This document shows positions 1-12,857 of a stretch of DNA of 64,000 nucleotides, in pieces. Positions within the stretch are counted from its first letter, which is position 1. Each line of letters opens with the position of its first letter. The stretch is from Octopus vulgaris (Eukaryota): assembly GCA_951406725.2 (NCBI GenBank), contig OX597816.1:170004001-170068000 (forward strand). Direction: 5' to 3'. The translations under genes and the position numbers were made by a program. The notes below the pieces were generated by a model. That model made no database searches. It saw only the letters and a list, made by a program, of their open reading frames with translations, and was not told where the DNA came from.

Positions 1-21
1 TAGCTAGCTGGATGGCTGGTT

Positions 22-168
<147 letters not shown>

Positions 169-291
169 TTTGTGAGTGTACTTGCGTGTGTATGTAAGTG
201 TGCGCCTGCGTGCATATGTATGTGTATGCTTGCGAGTGTGCATATGCGTATGTATGCTTTTGTGGAAACAGCTTTTCTTTCAAACTAATGA

Positions 292-760
<469 letters not shown>

Positions 761-847
761 GAGTATATGCGTATGTCCATACGTGTATACGTATATTTGC
801 ACGTATTAATCTTTGCGTACGCATGAGGATATGTCTGTAGGTCGTTG

Positions 848-1790
848 TTCAGTTTTATTTCAAGATTTCTTGCCAATAGAGAAAGAACCGGTTTCTAACC
901 TAGATCCAAGGCTCCTTAATTGGAATTTCAACAGAGTATGTATGTATGAATGTATGTATGTATGTATGTATGTATGTATGTATGTATGTATGTATGTATG
1001 TATGTATGTATGTATGTATGTATGTATGTATGTATGCACGTATGTATGTATGTATGCATGTATGTATGTATGTATGCATGTATGTATGTATGTATGTATG
1101 TATGAACGTATGTATGTATGTATGAACGTATGTATGTATGCATGCATGTATGTATGTATGTATGTATGTATGTATGTATGTATGTATACATTCAGATTTG
1201 CATGTTTTGTTTCATGTACGTATTTTCATGCATATACTTGCATACCTAGACATGCTCACATATACATAAATGATAAGTTTCTGGAAAGTTTTACAGATTT
1301 TTATAGTTCCAGTTATGGGTTTGATTTGTAGTCTTCGAATCAGCCTTCTCCTTTCTGGTTTTGAAAAGCCTAAATTCTCAAGATTGGTATTTAGGCAGCT
1401 CATTTCCACAACTGTTCACAGTTTCTCTTCTCTGCCGCAAATCATTATATCAGGTCTATTGTGTTACATTTTACTGAGGTTTTTACTGGGACAATCCACT
1501 TGAACTCCTTTTTATTATGAGTGGTTATGGCTTCTATCATACTGTGGGTCCTTATTTCCGGGTTATCCTTTCGACTGATCTCGTGTATAATGTCCTAGCT
1601 ACAACATCATGTCTCATACCGTGATTACATTTTCGGACAACTGCTTATGAAGTGGGTGATATCTCAGGGCTAAGTCCACAAAGTCTGCAACTGTTGTCAC
1701 ATTTTACTGCTTCTCCTGCATCTTTGTCCCTTTTGTGCATCAGTTATTTGTTTGATGTTTCCTGTTCCTGGATTGCAAACGCATACTCTT
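848..1790 (-). mobile_element. 3' fragment of a restriction-like-endonuclease (RLE) non-LTR retrotransposon (R4/Dong-like), decayed, with (CATA)n in the putative 3' UTR
   Basis: Minus strand: CRLCG zinc knuckle, RHDVVA, HNRPDIMI, VEMSC...LGFSK...LIRRLQ...GTIKICKTF. Terminal GAAATAAAACTGAA at ~848-862 resembles the AAATAAAACTACTGAA end of the 4820-7718 element. Confidence 0.7.
937..1186. repeat. (TATG)n microsatellite
   Basis: Direct tandem repeats. Confidence 0.97.
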
Positions 1791-1879
1791 CAAATCTCGG
1801 GGTTAGTAGCCCGCGCTCTTAACAAATACGGCATCAGGAGTAGTGGTTAAGAGCGAGTGCTACTAACCCCAAGATCCCA

Positions 1880-4630
1880 AGGAGGAATAATACTAGATGA
1901 CTTGAGGGAGAACGATACTCACCATGAAAGATAAGAGCAAGAGTAATACAAGTAGCAACTATAGACCAATCATTTGATTACCATTAGTGTGGAAGCTGTT
2001 AATAGGAATATTTTCAGAAAGCATTCGCGAGCACCTTGACAATCAGAATTTACTGCCAGAGGGACAGATAAGATGCAGGAAGAAGGTTAGAGGAACACCT
2101 GGCAGTGGGGGCTATGGGCTTCATTGAAAGAAAAATGGCAACGCTATTCAAAAGAAGATTTGTTTTTTCTAGCTCGGAGCTGAGAAAACTAATAAGGAGA
2201 GTCGAGGAGGCGGTCGAAAAAGCCAGCTTCTATATATGGCTGAAACGGGAAGACCAAAAATGGCTTGAAAGTCATAACATGCCGGCAGGAAAATAACATC
2301 ACTAGGTGAGACAAGCTGGCACTGAATTAGCTTCGCGGATTGACAGGCGACGGTCTCGTTTAGAGAATGCGCGGGCTAAGACTACATGCCTTCATTGGTC
2401 AGTTAAAGTTGAGACAGTGTCACGTGACAACTTGCTGGGGCTGCCTGCTGGAGCCCTGCAGCAGGTATTTAAAGGGAAAAAATTTGACAAGACAGTCAGT
2501 CGCCCGCTGACACTCGTGGACGCTACATCGAAGAGGCCAGGGAACAGAAGAAAGAAGAAGCAAGAAAACATGCACCCAACACCAGAGCTGAAGGCACCGC
2601 CGAAAGGTGGCGGGGGTGGGGAGCACCACGTCAAAACGGTAGAGGAGTAGGGACCGAAACTGGACGTGGTCGATGCCTTGAGCTAACTGGATCCTATAAA
2701 GGAGCTGTTGTGGTAGCAGACCACGAAACACGGTTAAAATTCCTTATACATAGACAAAGCTGTTCTAAATGAAGTAAAAGCTAGAAAGAAAAATCTAACA
2801 ATAGCATGGATAGACTATAAGAAAGCCAATGACATGATCTCACATTCATGGGTAAGTGAATATTTGAGTATATTTAGTATAGCAGACAAAGTAATAGAGT
2901 TAAATAGTTGCAGCAAGAAGAAATGGAAAGTAGATCTCTACTCAGGTGACATACTCATAGGGAAAATTAATATCAAAAGGAATTTTTCTGGGGTCTCGTT
3001 GTCCCCTTTGATATTTTTCTTATGTTTGATCCCGTTGAGTTTAGTGTTAAGGAAGACAAAGGCAGAGTATCAGTTCAGAAAGAGTTGGAGTAAGATTAAC
3101 CATTTGCTCTACATGGATGATTTGAATTTTTTTTTAGTAGGAATGAAAAAGGGATAGAGTTTTTAATACAGAATGGAGGAATCTTCACCAAAAAAAATAG
3201 TCATGGATTTTGGCATGGACAAGTGTGCAGTATTAGTCATGAGTAGAGGAGATGCAGTCAACAGTGAAGGCATATAATTACTAGATAGCCAGACATTAAA
3301 ATCATTACAAGGAGGAAGAGAGTTATAAGTATGTAAGAATATTAGAACCTTACAGAGTACTAACTACAGAAATGAAAACGAAAATTGAGGAATACATCAG
3401 AAGGTTGAGGAAGCTAATGAACTCAAAGCTAAATGGCCCGAATCTACTGAAGGCTGTAAATACTTGGGCAGTATCATTACATAGATACTCATAAGCTTTT
3501 GTAGATCGGACAAAAACTGATTTAGCAAAGCTAGACAGACGAATTAGGAAGGAATTCAATATGAATGGAGGACTCCACACAAGGGCAGGAATAGCAAGAT
3601 TATACCTACATAGAAAGGAAGGCGGAAGAGAGTTAATGTCAGTAGAACAATGCGTGTGTTACCTAGAGTAGATATAGACTCCCATGTAGGTAATAGTGAA
3701 GAAAATTTATTAAAAGCTAAAAGAGTCATAGAAAGACATAGGGAAACCAAAGACGCAAAGGAACTTAGTAACCAGAAAAAAAAATCAGAAATTATGTGAC
3801 TGGCAGGAGAAGGCGTTTCATGGTGGATTCCCAAAGATAGTTGCCGCAAGTAGTAGTGGTGAGTGATGGTTATGGTTGTAGAAAGAGAAGCTGAAGAGAG
3901 ACACAAAACGTTTAATAGCTGCACAAGATTAAGCATTAAGGACTAACTGAATACTATCCAAGATAAACAAAACCAAGTAGATTCCCTATGTATATCATGC
4001 AAATCAAAAATGGAAAACTTTGCTCATATAATAAGTGAATGTAGCATGCTGGCACAGAAAGTATACAAGTATACAAGAAATGACATGACAATCAAGTGAG
4101 AGGAATCCACTAGAAGATATGCAGAAAGCTAGGATTTGACCATAATGATAAATAATATGAACATGAACCTAGTAAAGTACTAGACAGTAAGAAATATAAC
4201 ATGTTGTGGGACATTAACATTCAGACTGACAGTGTAATAAAAGCTATAAGACCTCATTTGCTAGTGGTAGATAAAGAGAATAGAAGATGCCAGATAATTG
4301 GATTTACAGGCCCAAATGAGAAAAAAATTAGTATGAGAAAAATTAGTAATAGCAAAGTCCCAGGACCTACCTATTGGATTGCAAAGTCTTTGGAAAATGC
4401 GGGTAAACTGTATCACAGTAGTTATTGGCGCAATGGGAGCTATCCCTAAAGATCTGAACAGAATGATAGAGGAAATAGGCATAAATACCAGTTTAGTATA
4501 GCTCCAGAAAGCAGTGTTATTAAGGACAAATAGGATACTTAAGAGGGTTCTTGGCATCTAAGGTGTTTGTTGTAGCCCGATGTTTGGATCTTTTCTTTTC
4601 CAAACGTCTAATCTGTTGAGAGTAAATGAA
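1880..4630 (+). mobile_element. Decayed R4/Dong-like non-LTR retrotransposon (RT plus RLE), interrupted at ~2101-2738, ending in (TAA)n
   Basis: NYRPI, AWIDYKKAND, SLSPLIF, HLLYMDDL, LWDINIQTD..RPHLLVVDK, LQKAVLL..ILKRVLGI* with many stops and frameshifts; short 3' UTR then (TAA)n. Confidence 0.85.
2101..2738 (+). mobile_element. 5'-truncated Hero-like RLE retrotransposon 3' end (ORF C-terminus plus 3' UTR) nested in the Dong-like RT
   Basis: AVGAMGFIERK...ELRKLIRRVEEAVEKASFYIWLKRED resembles the Hero-clade C-terminus (VEVGCRGF...AAERSSFWLWLKR). Host RT reads CRKKVRGT before the insert and LYIDKAVL after it. Confidence 0.6.
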
Positions 4631-4725
<95 letters not shown>

Positions 4726-4727
4726 TG

Positions 4728-4800
<73 letters not shown>

Positions 4801-4819
4801 TGATGATAATAATAATAAT
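4630..4819. repeat. (TAA)n microsatellite between two Dong-like elements
   Basis: Tandem taa with a few tga units. Confidence 0.97.
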
Positions 4820-7713
4820 AAACAAACCCTGTGGATAAATAACATCCAAAACAAAATAAAAAAAAATAGAAAAGACCTGTCGATTCTTAATGAAATCAGC
4901 AAACAATCAACGCTACTGAGCAACAAAAAGAGAACAAAAATACTCCGCAAATATAACATCACAGAGAAAGATTTGCCTGAGATAAAAGAAAAGCTGAAGC
5001 AAGATATCCTTGCCAAAGCACAAAGGATCCGCCGGTACGAGAAACGCCAACGCTTCTTTGAACAAAACAAAAAGTTCAACTCCAGCCCCAAAAAGTTCTA
5101 CCAAGAACTGGGAAAAAAATAAAATAGAAGTCACTGCGGCACCAACGGCAGAAGAATTGGAAGAATTCTGGAAAGAAATATGGTCGGCGAACGAACAACC
5201 AAAAAAAGGAGTATCAAAATAACAAACTCGGCATCTGAACAACTTTGGACCCCCATAACAACTGAAGAGGTCACCCAGGCACTGCAAAGACTAAGCAACT
5301 GGAAGGCACCTGGGCATGACAAGATCCCCAACTTCTGGTTGAAATATCTAACAGGAATGCACAAAAAGCTGGCTGAAAACTTTAACAACATCCTAGCAGA
5401 GCCAGAGACGATGCCTGAATGGCTCACGAAGGAGAAAACAATCTTAATTCCCAAATCAAATGAAACAGAAAAACCAGAAAACTACAGACCAATAACCTGC
5501 CTCCCTACTATGTTCAAGGCATTTACTGCAGTGATATCGCAAAGGCTGAACAAGCACCTGGACGAAAACAAACTGTTCCCAGAAGAGCAGAAAGGATGCC
5601 GCAAAGGCTCATATGGCTGCAAAGATCAACTAATGATTAATAAAGCCATAACTGAAGACAGCCACTGAAAGAAGAAAGGCCTCAGTATGGCCTGGATTGA
5701 CTACAAAAAGGCGTTTGATAGCATCCCCCACACATGGATCCTCGAAACACTAGCCATTAACAAAGTAGCACCAACAATCATAAAATTCATAGAGCACTCT
5801 ATGAATAAGTGGCAAACAGTCCTATACCTCCAAACAAAAGAGGGACTCATGAAAACCAAAGACATCCCCATTAGAAGAGGAATATTCCAGGGAGACACGC
5901 TCTCTCCACTCCTTTTCTGCTTGGCACTGTCACCTCTATCTGATTTACTAAATAGAACTGGATGCAGATATAAATGTTACGGCAAAACGATCAGCCACCT
6001 TTTATATATGGATGACCTAAAACTATACGCTGCAAATGACAAACAGCTGGAAACACTATTAAAGACAGTTCATGGATTTACCAAAGAAATAGATATGAAA
6101 TTTGGATTAGAAAAATGCGCCAAAGTAACCATGAAAAGAGGAAAATTGTTAAGAGTAACAACATCACACTAGATAAAACCAATGAAATAAAAGAATTAGA
6201 CCAAAGCCAAACTTACAAATACTTAGGAATCCATGAACTAGATAAGACACAACACACACAAATGAAAGAGAAAATAAAAAAAGAATATTATAGACGAGTT
6301 AGATCAATACTGAAAACAGAGCTCAATGCTAAAAACAAGATAATAGGTATCAACACTTTAGCTGTCCCAGTTATAAGTTACAGCTACAATATCCTTAACT
6401 GGACACGAAATGAACTGACCAAAATAGATAGGAAAACAAGAAAAATAATGACAGGATCTAGGATGCATCACCCAAAATCTGACATAGAAAGACTATATAT
6501 ACAACGTATAGAAGGTGGTAGAGGCCTTATACAGCTGGAAAACTACTATAAAATAACCACCATAGGACTGCAAAAATATCTACTTCAGAAGGAAGGAAAA
6601 CTGATCCAGATAGCGGCAAAACACGAGCAAAACAAAAAACTGTTCTCAGTATTTAAGGAAGCTGACAAATACAAACAAGAAATCATACCACCTAATAAAC
6701 ATGAAGAAGAAGAAGAAGAAGAAGAAGAAGAAGAAGAAGAAGAAGAAGAAGAAGAAGAAGAAGAAGAAGAAGAAGATGAAGAAACAACAAAAGCTATAAA
6801 ACAAATGAAATCAAAACTAAAAATAGAACAGCAACGAACCATGATAAAACGATGGCAAGAAAAGCCCCTTCATGGTAAATACTGGACTAAACTAAACGCA
6901 AAAGAAATAGACAAAGAAAAATCCCAGCAATGGTTGAGAAGCTCAGGACTCAAAGCAGAAACAGAGGGATTTTTAATTGCAGCACAAGACCAAAGCCTCC
7001 CCACCAGAAATTACCAAAAACATGTAATGAAAAGAAATATTACAAGTAACTGCGGAATATGTGGAGATGGACAAGAAACGATAAATCATATTATCTCTAG
7101 CTGCCCAGTCCTGGCTAAGAAGGAATATATTCACAGACATGACAGAGTTGGAACCTACATACATTGGAAGCTATGCCAACATTATGGAATAACAACAGAA
7201 AAAAGATGGTATAGGCACACACCAGAAAAGGTCACAGAAAAGGAGAAAGCAACCATACTTTGGGATATGCCGATACACACAGATAGAGAAATTAAGGCCA
7301 ACAGACCAGATATAGTTGTCAGAGATCATGAAGAAAACAATGCTCTCTAATTGATGTATCAATACCGGCAGATGACAACGTGTCTCTAAAAGAAATGGAG
7401 AAACTCTCAAAATACAAAGACCGGGAAATAGAGGTAACTAGAATGTGGAATCTGAAAACAGAAACAATTCCTATCACAGTAGGTGCATTAGGCATGATAA
7501 AAAAATATTCAGACAAATACATAACAAAAATACCAGGACTTACAAACACATATAACATACAGAAAATTGCACTACTAGGCACTGCACACATCCTACACAG
7601 AACACTTTCCATACAATAACCATCAGAGCATCACAACAAATCACAGCACATACCCAAGGCACACAGAGCTGCGCTCGGTAGTGAAGTGAAAGCACGCTAT
7701 AAAAATAAAACTA

Positions 7714-7718
<5 letters not shown>
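4820..7718 (+). mobile_element. Relatively young 5'-truncated R4/Dong-like non-LTR retrotransposon; RT, CCHC knuckle and RLE endonuclease; pseudogenised
   Basis: KAPGHDKI, NYRPITCL, EQKGCR, IDYKKAFDS, GIFQGDTLSP, YMDD, CGICGDGQETINHIISSC, RHD, NRPDIV, EKLSKY. Frameshifts near 5120, 5220, 6150 and 7345, TGA at 5666-5668. (TAA)n on both sides. Confidence 0.95.
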
Positions 7719-7785
<67 letters not shown>

Positions 7786-7815
7786 AAGCACGCTATAAAA
7801 ATAAAAATAAAACTA

Positions 7816-7895
<80 letters not shown>
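7718..7895. repeat. Two (TAA)n tracts separated by a duplicated ~35-bp element 3' terminus (7786-7820)
   Basis: aagcacgctataaaaataaaa(ataaaa)ctactgaa copies 7690-7718. Confidence 0.93.
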
Positions 7896-7896
<1 letters not shown>

Positions 7897-8335
7897 CAAG
7901 ACCTACCAAAAACGGAGCAAATATAAAGATCTGGAAATAGAAATCAGCAAAATGTGGAACCTGAAGACTAAAACAATTCCTTTGTCATAGGTGCCCTAGG
8001 AATGATAGCAAAAGGGGCTAATTGCTACCTAGCTCGGATACCAGGAAAACCCAAAATGGCAGAAATTCAAAAGATAGTTCTCATGGGAACTACGCATATC
8101 CTACGCAAAATACTTGTTATCTCAAATTTGAAAACAAACAGAATTTTCGTATGAAATCTTAAACATTCTCTAGAACAACACTATGTACAAAACCAAATAT
8201 ACGGCACCCTAGGCATAACACCATTATGAACTTCTAATGTGTCTCTTGAGGTCTCTGGTTGAGACTTGGAGCCAAAAGTCAAACATAAAATAACAATAAT
8301 GATGATGATGATGATGATGATGATAATAATAATAG
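7896..8335 (+). mobile_element. Short 3' end of a third Dong-like family plus (TGA/TAA)n tail
   Basis: SKYKDLEIEISKMWNLKTKTIP..IGALGMI...IQKIVLMGTTHILRKIL, with a 3' UTR different from the neighbouring elements. Confidence 0.85.
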
Positions 8336-9373
8336 TAAATATATAAATAAATAAATATGCTAGAATGGTAATGCATTTAGTTTCATATATATCCATAGGT
8401 AACGAAATTAATTAGCCTCCTCTAAATATTTATATATTTGCATGCATGCATATGCAAATATATATAGATATACATTCACTCGTATACATACATGTGTAAT
8501 CACACACGCGCGCACTGCCACCGACATAGGTTTATATGTCCATGCGTATGCATGCGTATGTATGTAAGTATGTGTGCATGTATGTGTGTGTGTATATACA
8601 TGTATATATATATGTGTGTGTGTGTGTGTATGCATTTATATGTAGCTTTAATTGGATCAAGTATAACTTGAAGAGTAATATTTTTCCTAACAGTTGTTTG
8701 CAAATATTCATATGATGTACTTCGATTAATGAACAAAAGAATGCTAAGAGAATGTAGATCAAAAGCTGGTATCTGCCTGACAAGCTTGGTGAAGTTTTCA
8801 GATGTCATTGTCCTGTTAATGAAATAATATATTCGTTGCTTCTAATTGGAGCTTTGGCCTGTGAAAGAAAGCTGAGATAATAACTCAGCATAGAATACAA
8901 TAAAGAAAGCAAGCGAAAGCGGAAGTGGGAGAGGGGAAAGGATAAGGAGAGCCGAGGGGAATAGACAGAACTGGAGAGATAGAAAGAGCAAGATAATGTA
9001 TATGTAGAAGAAAAACATGTAGAAATTGAGTAGGCGTTCTTGTTATTTCGATGACTGGAAGTTAGGGTTAGAGTTAGGGTTATATTCTCTTGGTGTTGTT
9101 TTCTTGTATTTTGGTGCCAACTTCTGATATAACGCGTGTAAGAGTAAAAACGTTCTAGCCTTAATGAACACATCATTTTTTCCAAGAAAATTATATCTTA
9201 GATCACAATAATGAACGTGTGCTTGATTGGTTAGAATGGGAGTTGTAGATTTGATTGATATTGGAGCCTTACAAGTATCCAAATAGATGGTGCTCGCATA
9301 CATCATGATTTCGTGTCTTGGTATATTCGTACATGCTATCCAACTTCCGTGGCACCTTCCTTCTACCAAGATA

Positions 9374-9431
<58 letters not shown>

Positions 9432-9446
9432 TGTATATATATATAT

Positions 9447-9639
9447 TTCGTTTTTGGATTTGGTTTATATTCTTTATATGAGTTCGTGTGTTGAAGCATA
9501 TTCTGTTGTGTCTGGGGAAATTCATTCTCTTTTAGTGCCTTATTATTTAACACACGCACCGGTGAAATTTTCACTTATTTCTTATTTTTATTTTCTAAAA
9601 TTTTCGTTGCGTCTTGCAACCTTTTCAATAGTCTTGACT

Positions 9640-9643
<4 letters not shown>
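9447..9643 (-). mobile_element. Solo Penelope-like terminal repeat fragment between (TA)n tracts
   Basis: Reverse complement shares tgcgtgtgtt...cacaa...ttcaac blocks with the repeats flanking the PLE at 29.76 and 33.9 kb; carries a degenerate ttgaaaag-GTTGC-aagac-GCAAC-GAAA hammerhead-like stem II. Confidence 0.5.
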
Positions 9644-9700
<57 letters not shown>

Positions 9701-9712
9701 TTATATATATAT

Positions 9713-9791
<79 letters not shown>

Positions 9792-9796
9792 TATAC

Positions 9797-9851
<55 letters not shown>

Positions 9852-10626
9852 TAAGTTGGCTAGATACAAGGAGACTTCCTCTCTAAAAGAGGACGAAAGG
9901 TGCAGTGAGCACCAGCATTGCTAGAAATAGCAACTGAAAACACATTTGCTATTTACTGACAGGAGAGACAACCTCCCCGCCACAATGGAGTGGCATTAGA
10001 TTGACATGCCAATTTCGCATAGAATTTAATGTATCGTGAAGTGAAATTCTACCCCGTCAGCATATAGCGATTTTACCATAGTGATCAGTAGCTGACCTGT
10101 ATGAAATAATTGCTCCTATTTGGTTATTGTTTCTCTCTCAAATATAACATATTATATCGACCATACAATTTCGCAATCTATATTCATATGGGACATATTT
10201 TCTTTATAAAGAGCTACAAATGTATTGTGAATCTAAGAATTATATTTAAATGCATTGTGATGTGTAATCAAAATTCATGTTTATTCAGAAATATGCCAAA
10301 AGAGATTAGGGAGAAGATGGAAAGCAGGATTAAGAAAGAGTACGAGTGAAAATGGCAATAATTTTGTTCTTGTGTGAGACATTGTTAATAAATCATTCCC
10401 TTTTATTGATATATTGTTTTCTCAAATTTAAAGGAAGTGATAACTCGTTTACTTTTGCTGAGATAGCACTGAATAATCGATTGTAACATACGATAGTTAC
10501 AGCATTACGTCCCTGTAGACTCAGAGCATCCACAATATAAGAGATAACGAAAATCTGAAAGGCAAATCACTTTCTAAAATCCAAGTGAAATAAGTGAAGA
10601 CTATATGATGAATAAACAGAACCGTG

Positions 10627-10942
10627 TTATTATTATTATTATTATTATTTTCTCTTTATCGCAGGTTTTGTTTCAGCGTAGCGGGCTTACCACCTGCATC
10701 TCACGCTACCATACTATTCGTTCTTTTCAGCTATCTAATACTTTCCTGATTATTCTGGCCGAGCTAAGGAGAAAACCTTTTGTAACAGTTCTACTGGCCA
10801 CTCTATACAAATTCCATTCACATTCCCCTAGATGACTTCTGATACTGTCCCTTAGGACCCAACAATAATTCGCACTATCTTGACCATCATTTTCCATATC
10901 CTGACTACATCATAGTTAAGAAGGTTCTATCTATCTATCTAC

Positions 10943-11012
<70 letters not shown>

Positions 11013-11014
11013 GC

Positions 11015-11078
<64 letters not shown>

Positions 11079-11079
11079 A

Positions 11080-11131
<52 letters not shown>

Positions 11132-11137
11132 AGTCTG

Positions 11138-11211
<74 letters not shown>

Positions 11212-11217
11212 AGTCTG

Positions 11218-11279
<62 letters not shown>

Positions 11280-11830
11280 AGTCTGTCTATCTATCTATCT
11301 CTATCTGTCTATCAATCTTTTCACCTTCCTTCTTGACTATTCATGAGTCAGAGGGGCATGCAACGTCAACTATATATCATATGTGATGCATCTTGTCCAC
11401 CACCACTAGGTCCGGTCTGTTATGCCCTAGCACCTGATCTGCTTGGATTGGGAAATCCCAGAGGATTTTGCTAGTCTCCGTCTCTGCCACTCTCTGCTGT
11501 TTGCACTCATAACACGGCTTGCCTCTCTCTATCCCCCACTTTTCGCAGTTTCTAATGTAGCACTTTCGCTATCTGATCGTGTCGCCACAACTTGTAGTGG
11601 TTTAGGGCACGTCTAGGGCATTCGTTCGTGATATGCCAGTATAGTCGTCTCTGTCTCCTTTTTTAGGGTTCCTTTCATCAGCCATTCCCACCTATTTTTC
11701 CCAGCAACTTCTGTTGTGGCTATATGGAATTGACTGTGTAGTCCTTTCTTGCGTAATTTTTCTTCATGTCTTTTTTGTACTTCTCCCTTTGTTTTCCCTT
11801 TTCCTCTATACTCTCAACACTCCCTCGTTA
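10627..11830 (-). mobile_element. Decayed R4/Dong-like 3' fragment ending at (TAA)n, split by (TATC)n
   Basis: Minus strand HYKLWRHDQIA, WDFPIQADQVLGHNRPDLVVVDK, SARIIRKVLDS*; (TTA)n at ~10627-10647. Confidence 0.8.
10927..11316. repeat. (TATC)n microsatellite with recurring cagtctg variants
   Basis: Direct tandem repeats. Confidence 0.97.
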
Positions 11831-12444
11831 TTCCCATCACAAATATCAGTCGTTGGCTAAAATCACCCAAATACGACAACTTTAACACGAAATAGCTTCT
11901 AAAATACGAAACTTTGTCATAAATGTTCAAAGTAAACCGTGTTCTGGGTGAGAAATTTCACCAGTATAAAAAGTTCCAAACTGTTTAGTTAAAAAAATAA
12001 TCAAAAAATCTGTGCGACGAACTGAAGAGATCCTATATGTGCAATTTATACGAGTACTGCTAGAATATTATTAATAGTACTGTCATATGAGTGAACCTTA
12101 GTTGTATGATTCATCAATGTTACATTGTTTTCATTTCTCTCCAGGATGAAGTTCTACAGTATTTATAGACTACAGAGTAAAATAAAATTAGTTATGTCAA
12201 CTTTAAATATCGTTACCTGAAGACTTAATATTTTATGTTCCTGTGAGAGAAATATGTAAGAATAGATACATTTGTACACTATAATCAATTTGTTCTTTCC
12301 AAAAATTATGGTATGTGTGTATATGTGTAAAGCACTCCATGTCGGGACGCTGCCTTCAATGTTATAGCCATAATTCAACTGCTATTTCTAATGTACGTAG
12401 TATTTGTGTATGTTTCTGTCTGTCTTTTGAAACATGTATTTCAT

Positions 12445-12857
12445 TCTCTTTACTCTTTACTCTTTTACTTGTTTCAGTCATTTGACTGCGGCCATGCTGG
12501 AGCACCGCCTTTAGTCGAGCAAATCGACCCCGGGACTTATTCTTTGGTAAGCCCAGTACTTATTCTATCGGTCTCTTTTACCGAACCGCTAAGTGACGGA
12601 GACATAAACACACCAGCATCGGTTGTCAAGCAATGCTAGGGGAACAAACACAGACACACAAACACACACACATACACATATATATACATATATACGACAG
12701 GCTTTTTTCAGTTTCCGTCTACCAAATCCACTCACAAGGCTTTGGTTGGCCCGAGGCTATAGCAGAAGACACTTGCCCAAGATGCCACGCAGTGGGACTG
12801 AACCCGGAACCATGTGGTTGGTTGGCAAGCTACTTACCACACAGCCACTCCTGCGCC
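12445..12857 (-). mobile_element. tRNA-derived SINE, family A (internal CA/TA microsatellite, (AAGAGTA)n-like tail)
   Basis: Head ggcgcaggagtggctgtgtggtaag...ggttcagtccc with A/B boxes; near-identical copies elsewhere in the window. Confidence 0.9.

Noticed and set aside
9061-9081. gttagggttagagttagggtt telomere-like repeat
   Set aside because: Only about three imperfect units; too short to call interstitial telomeric sequence.
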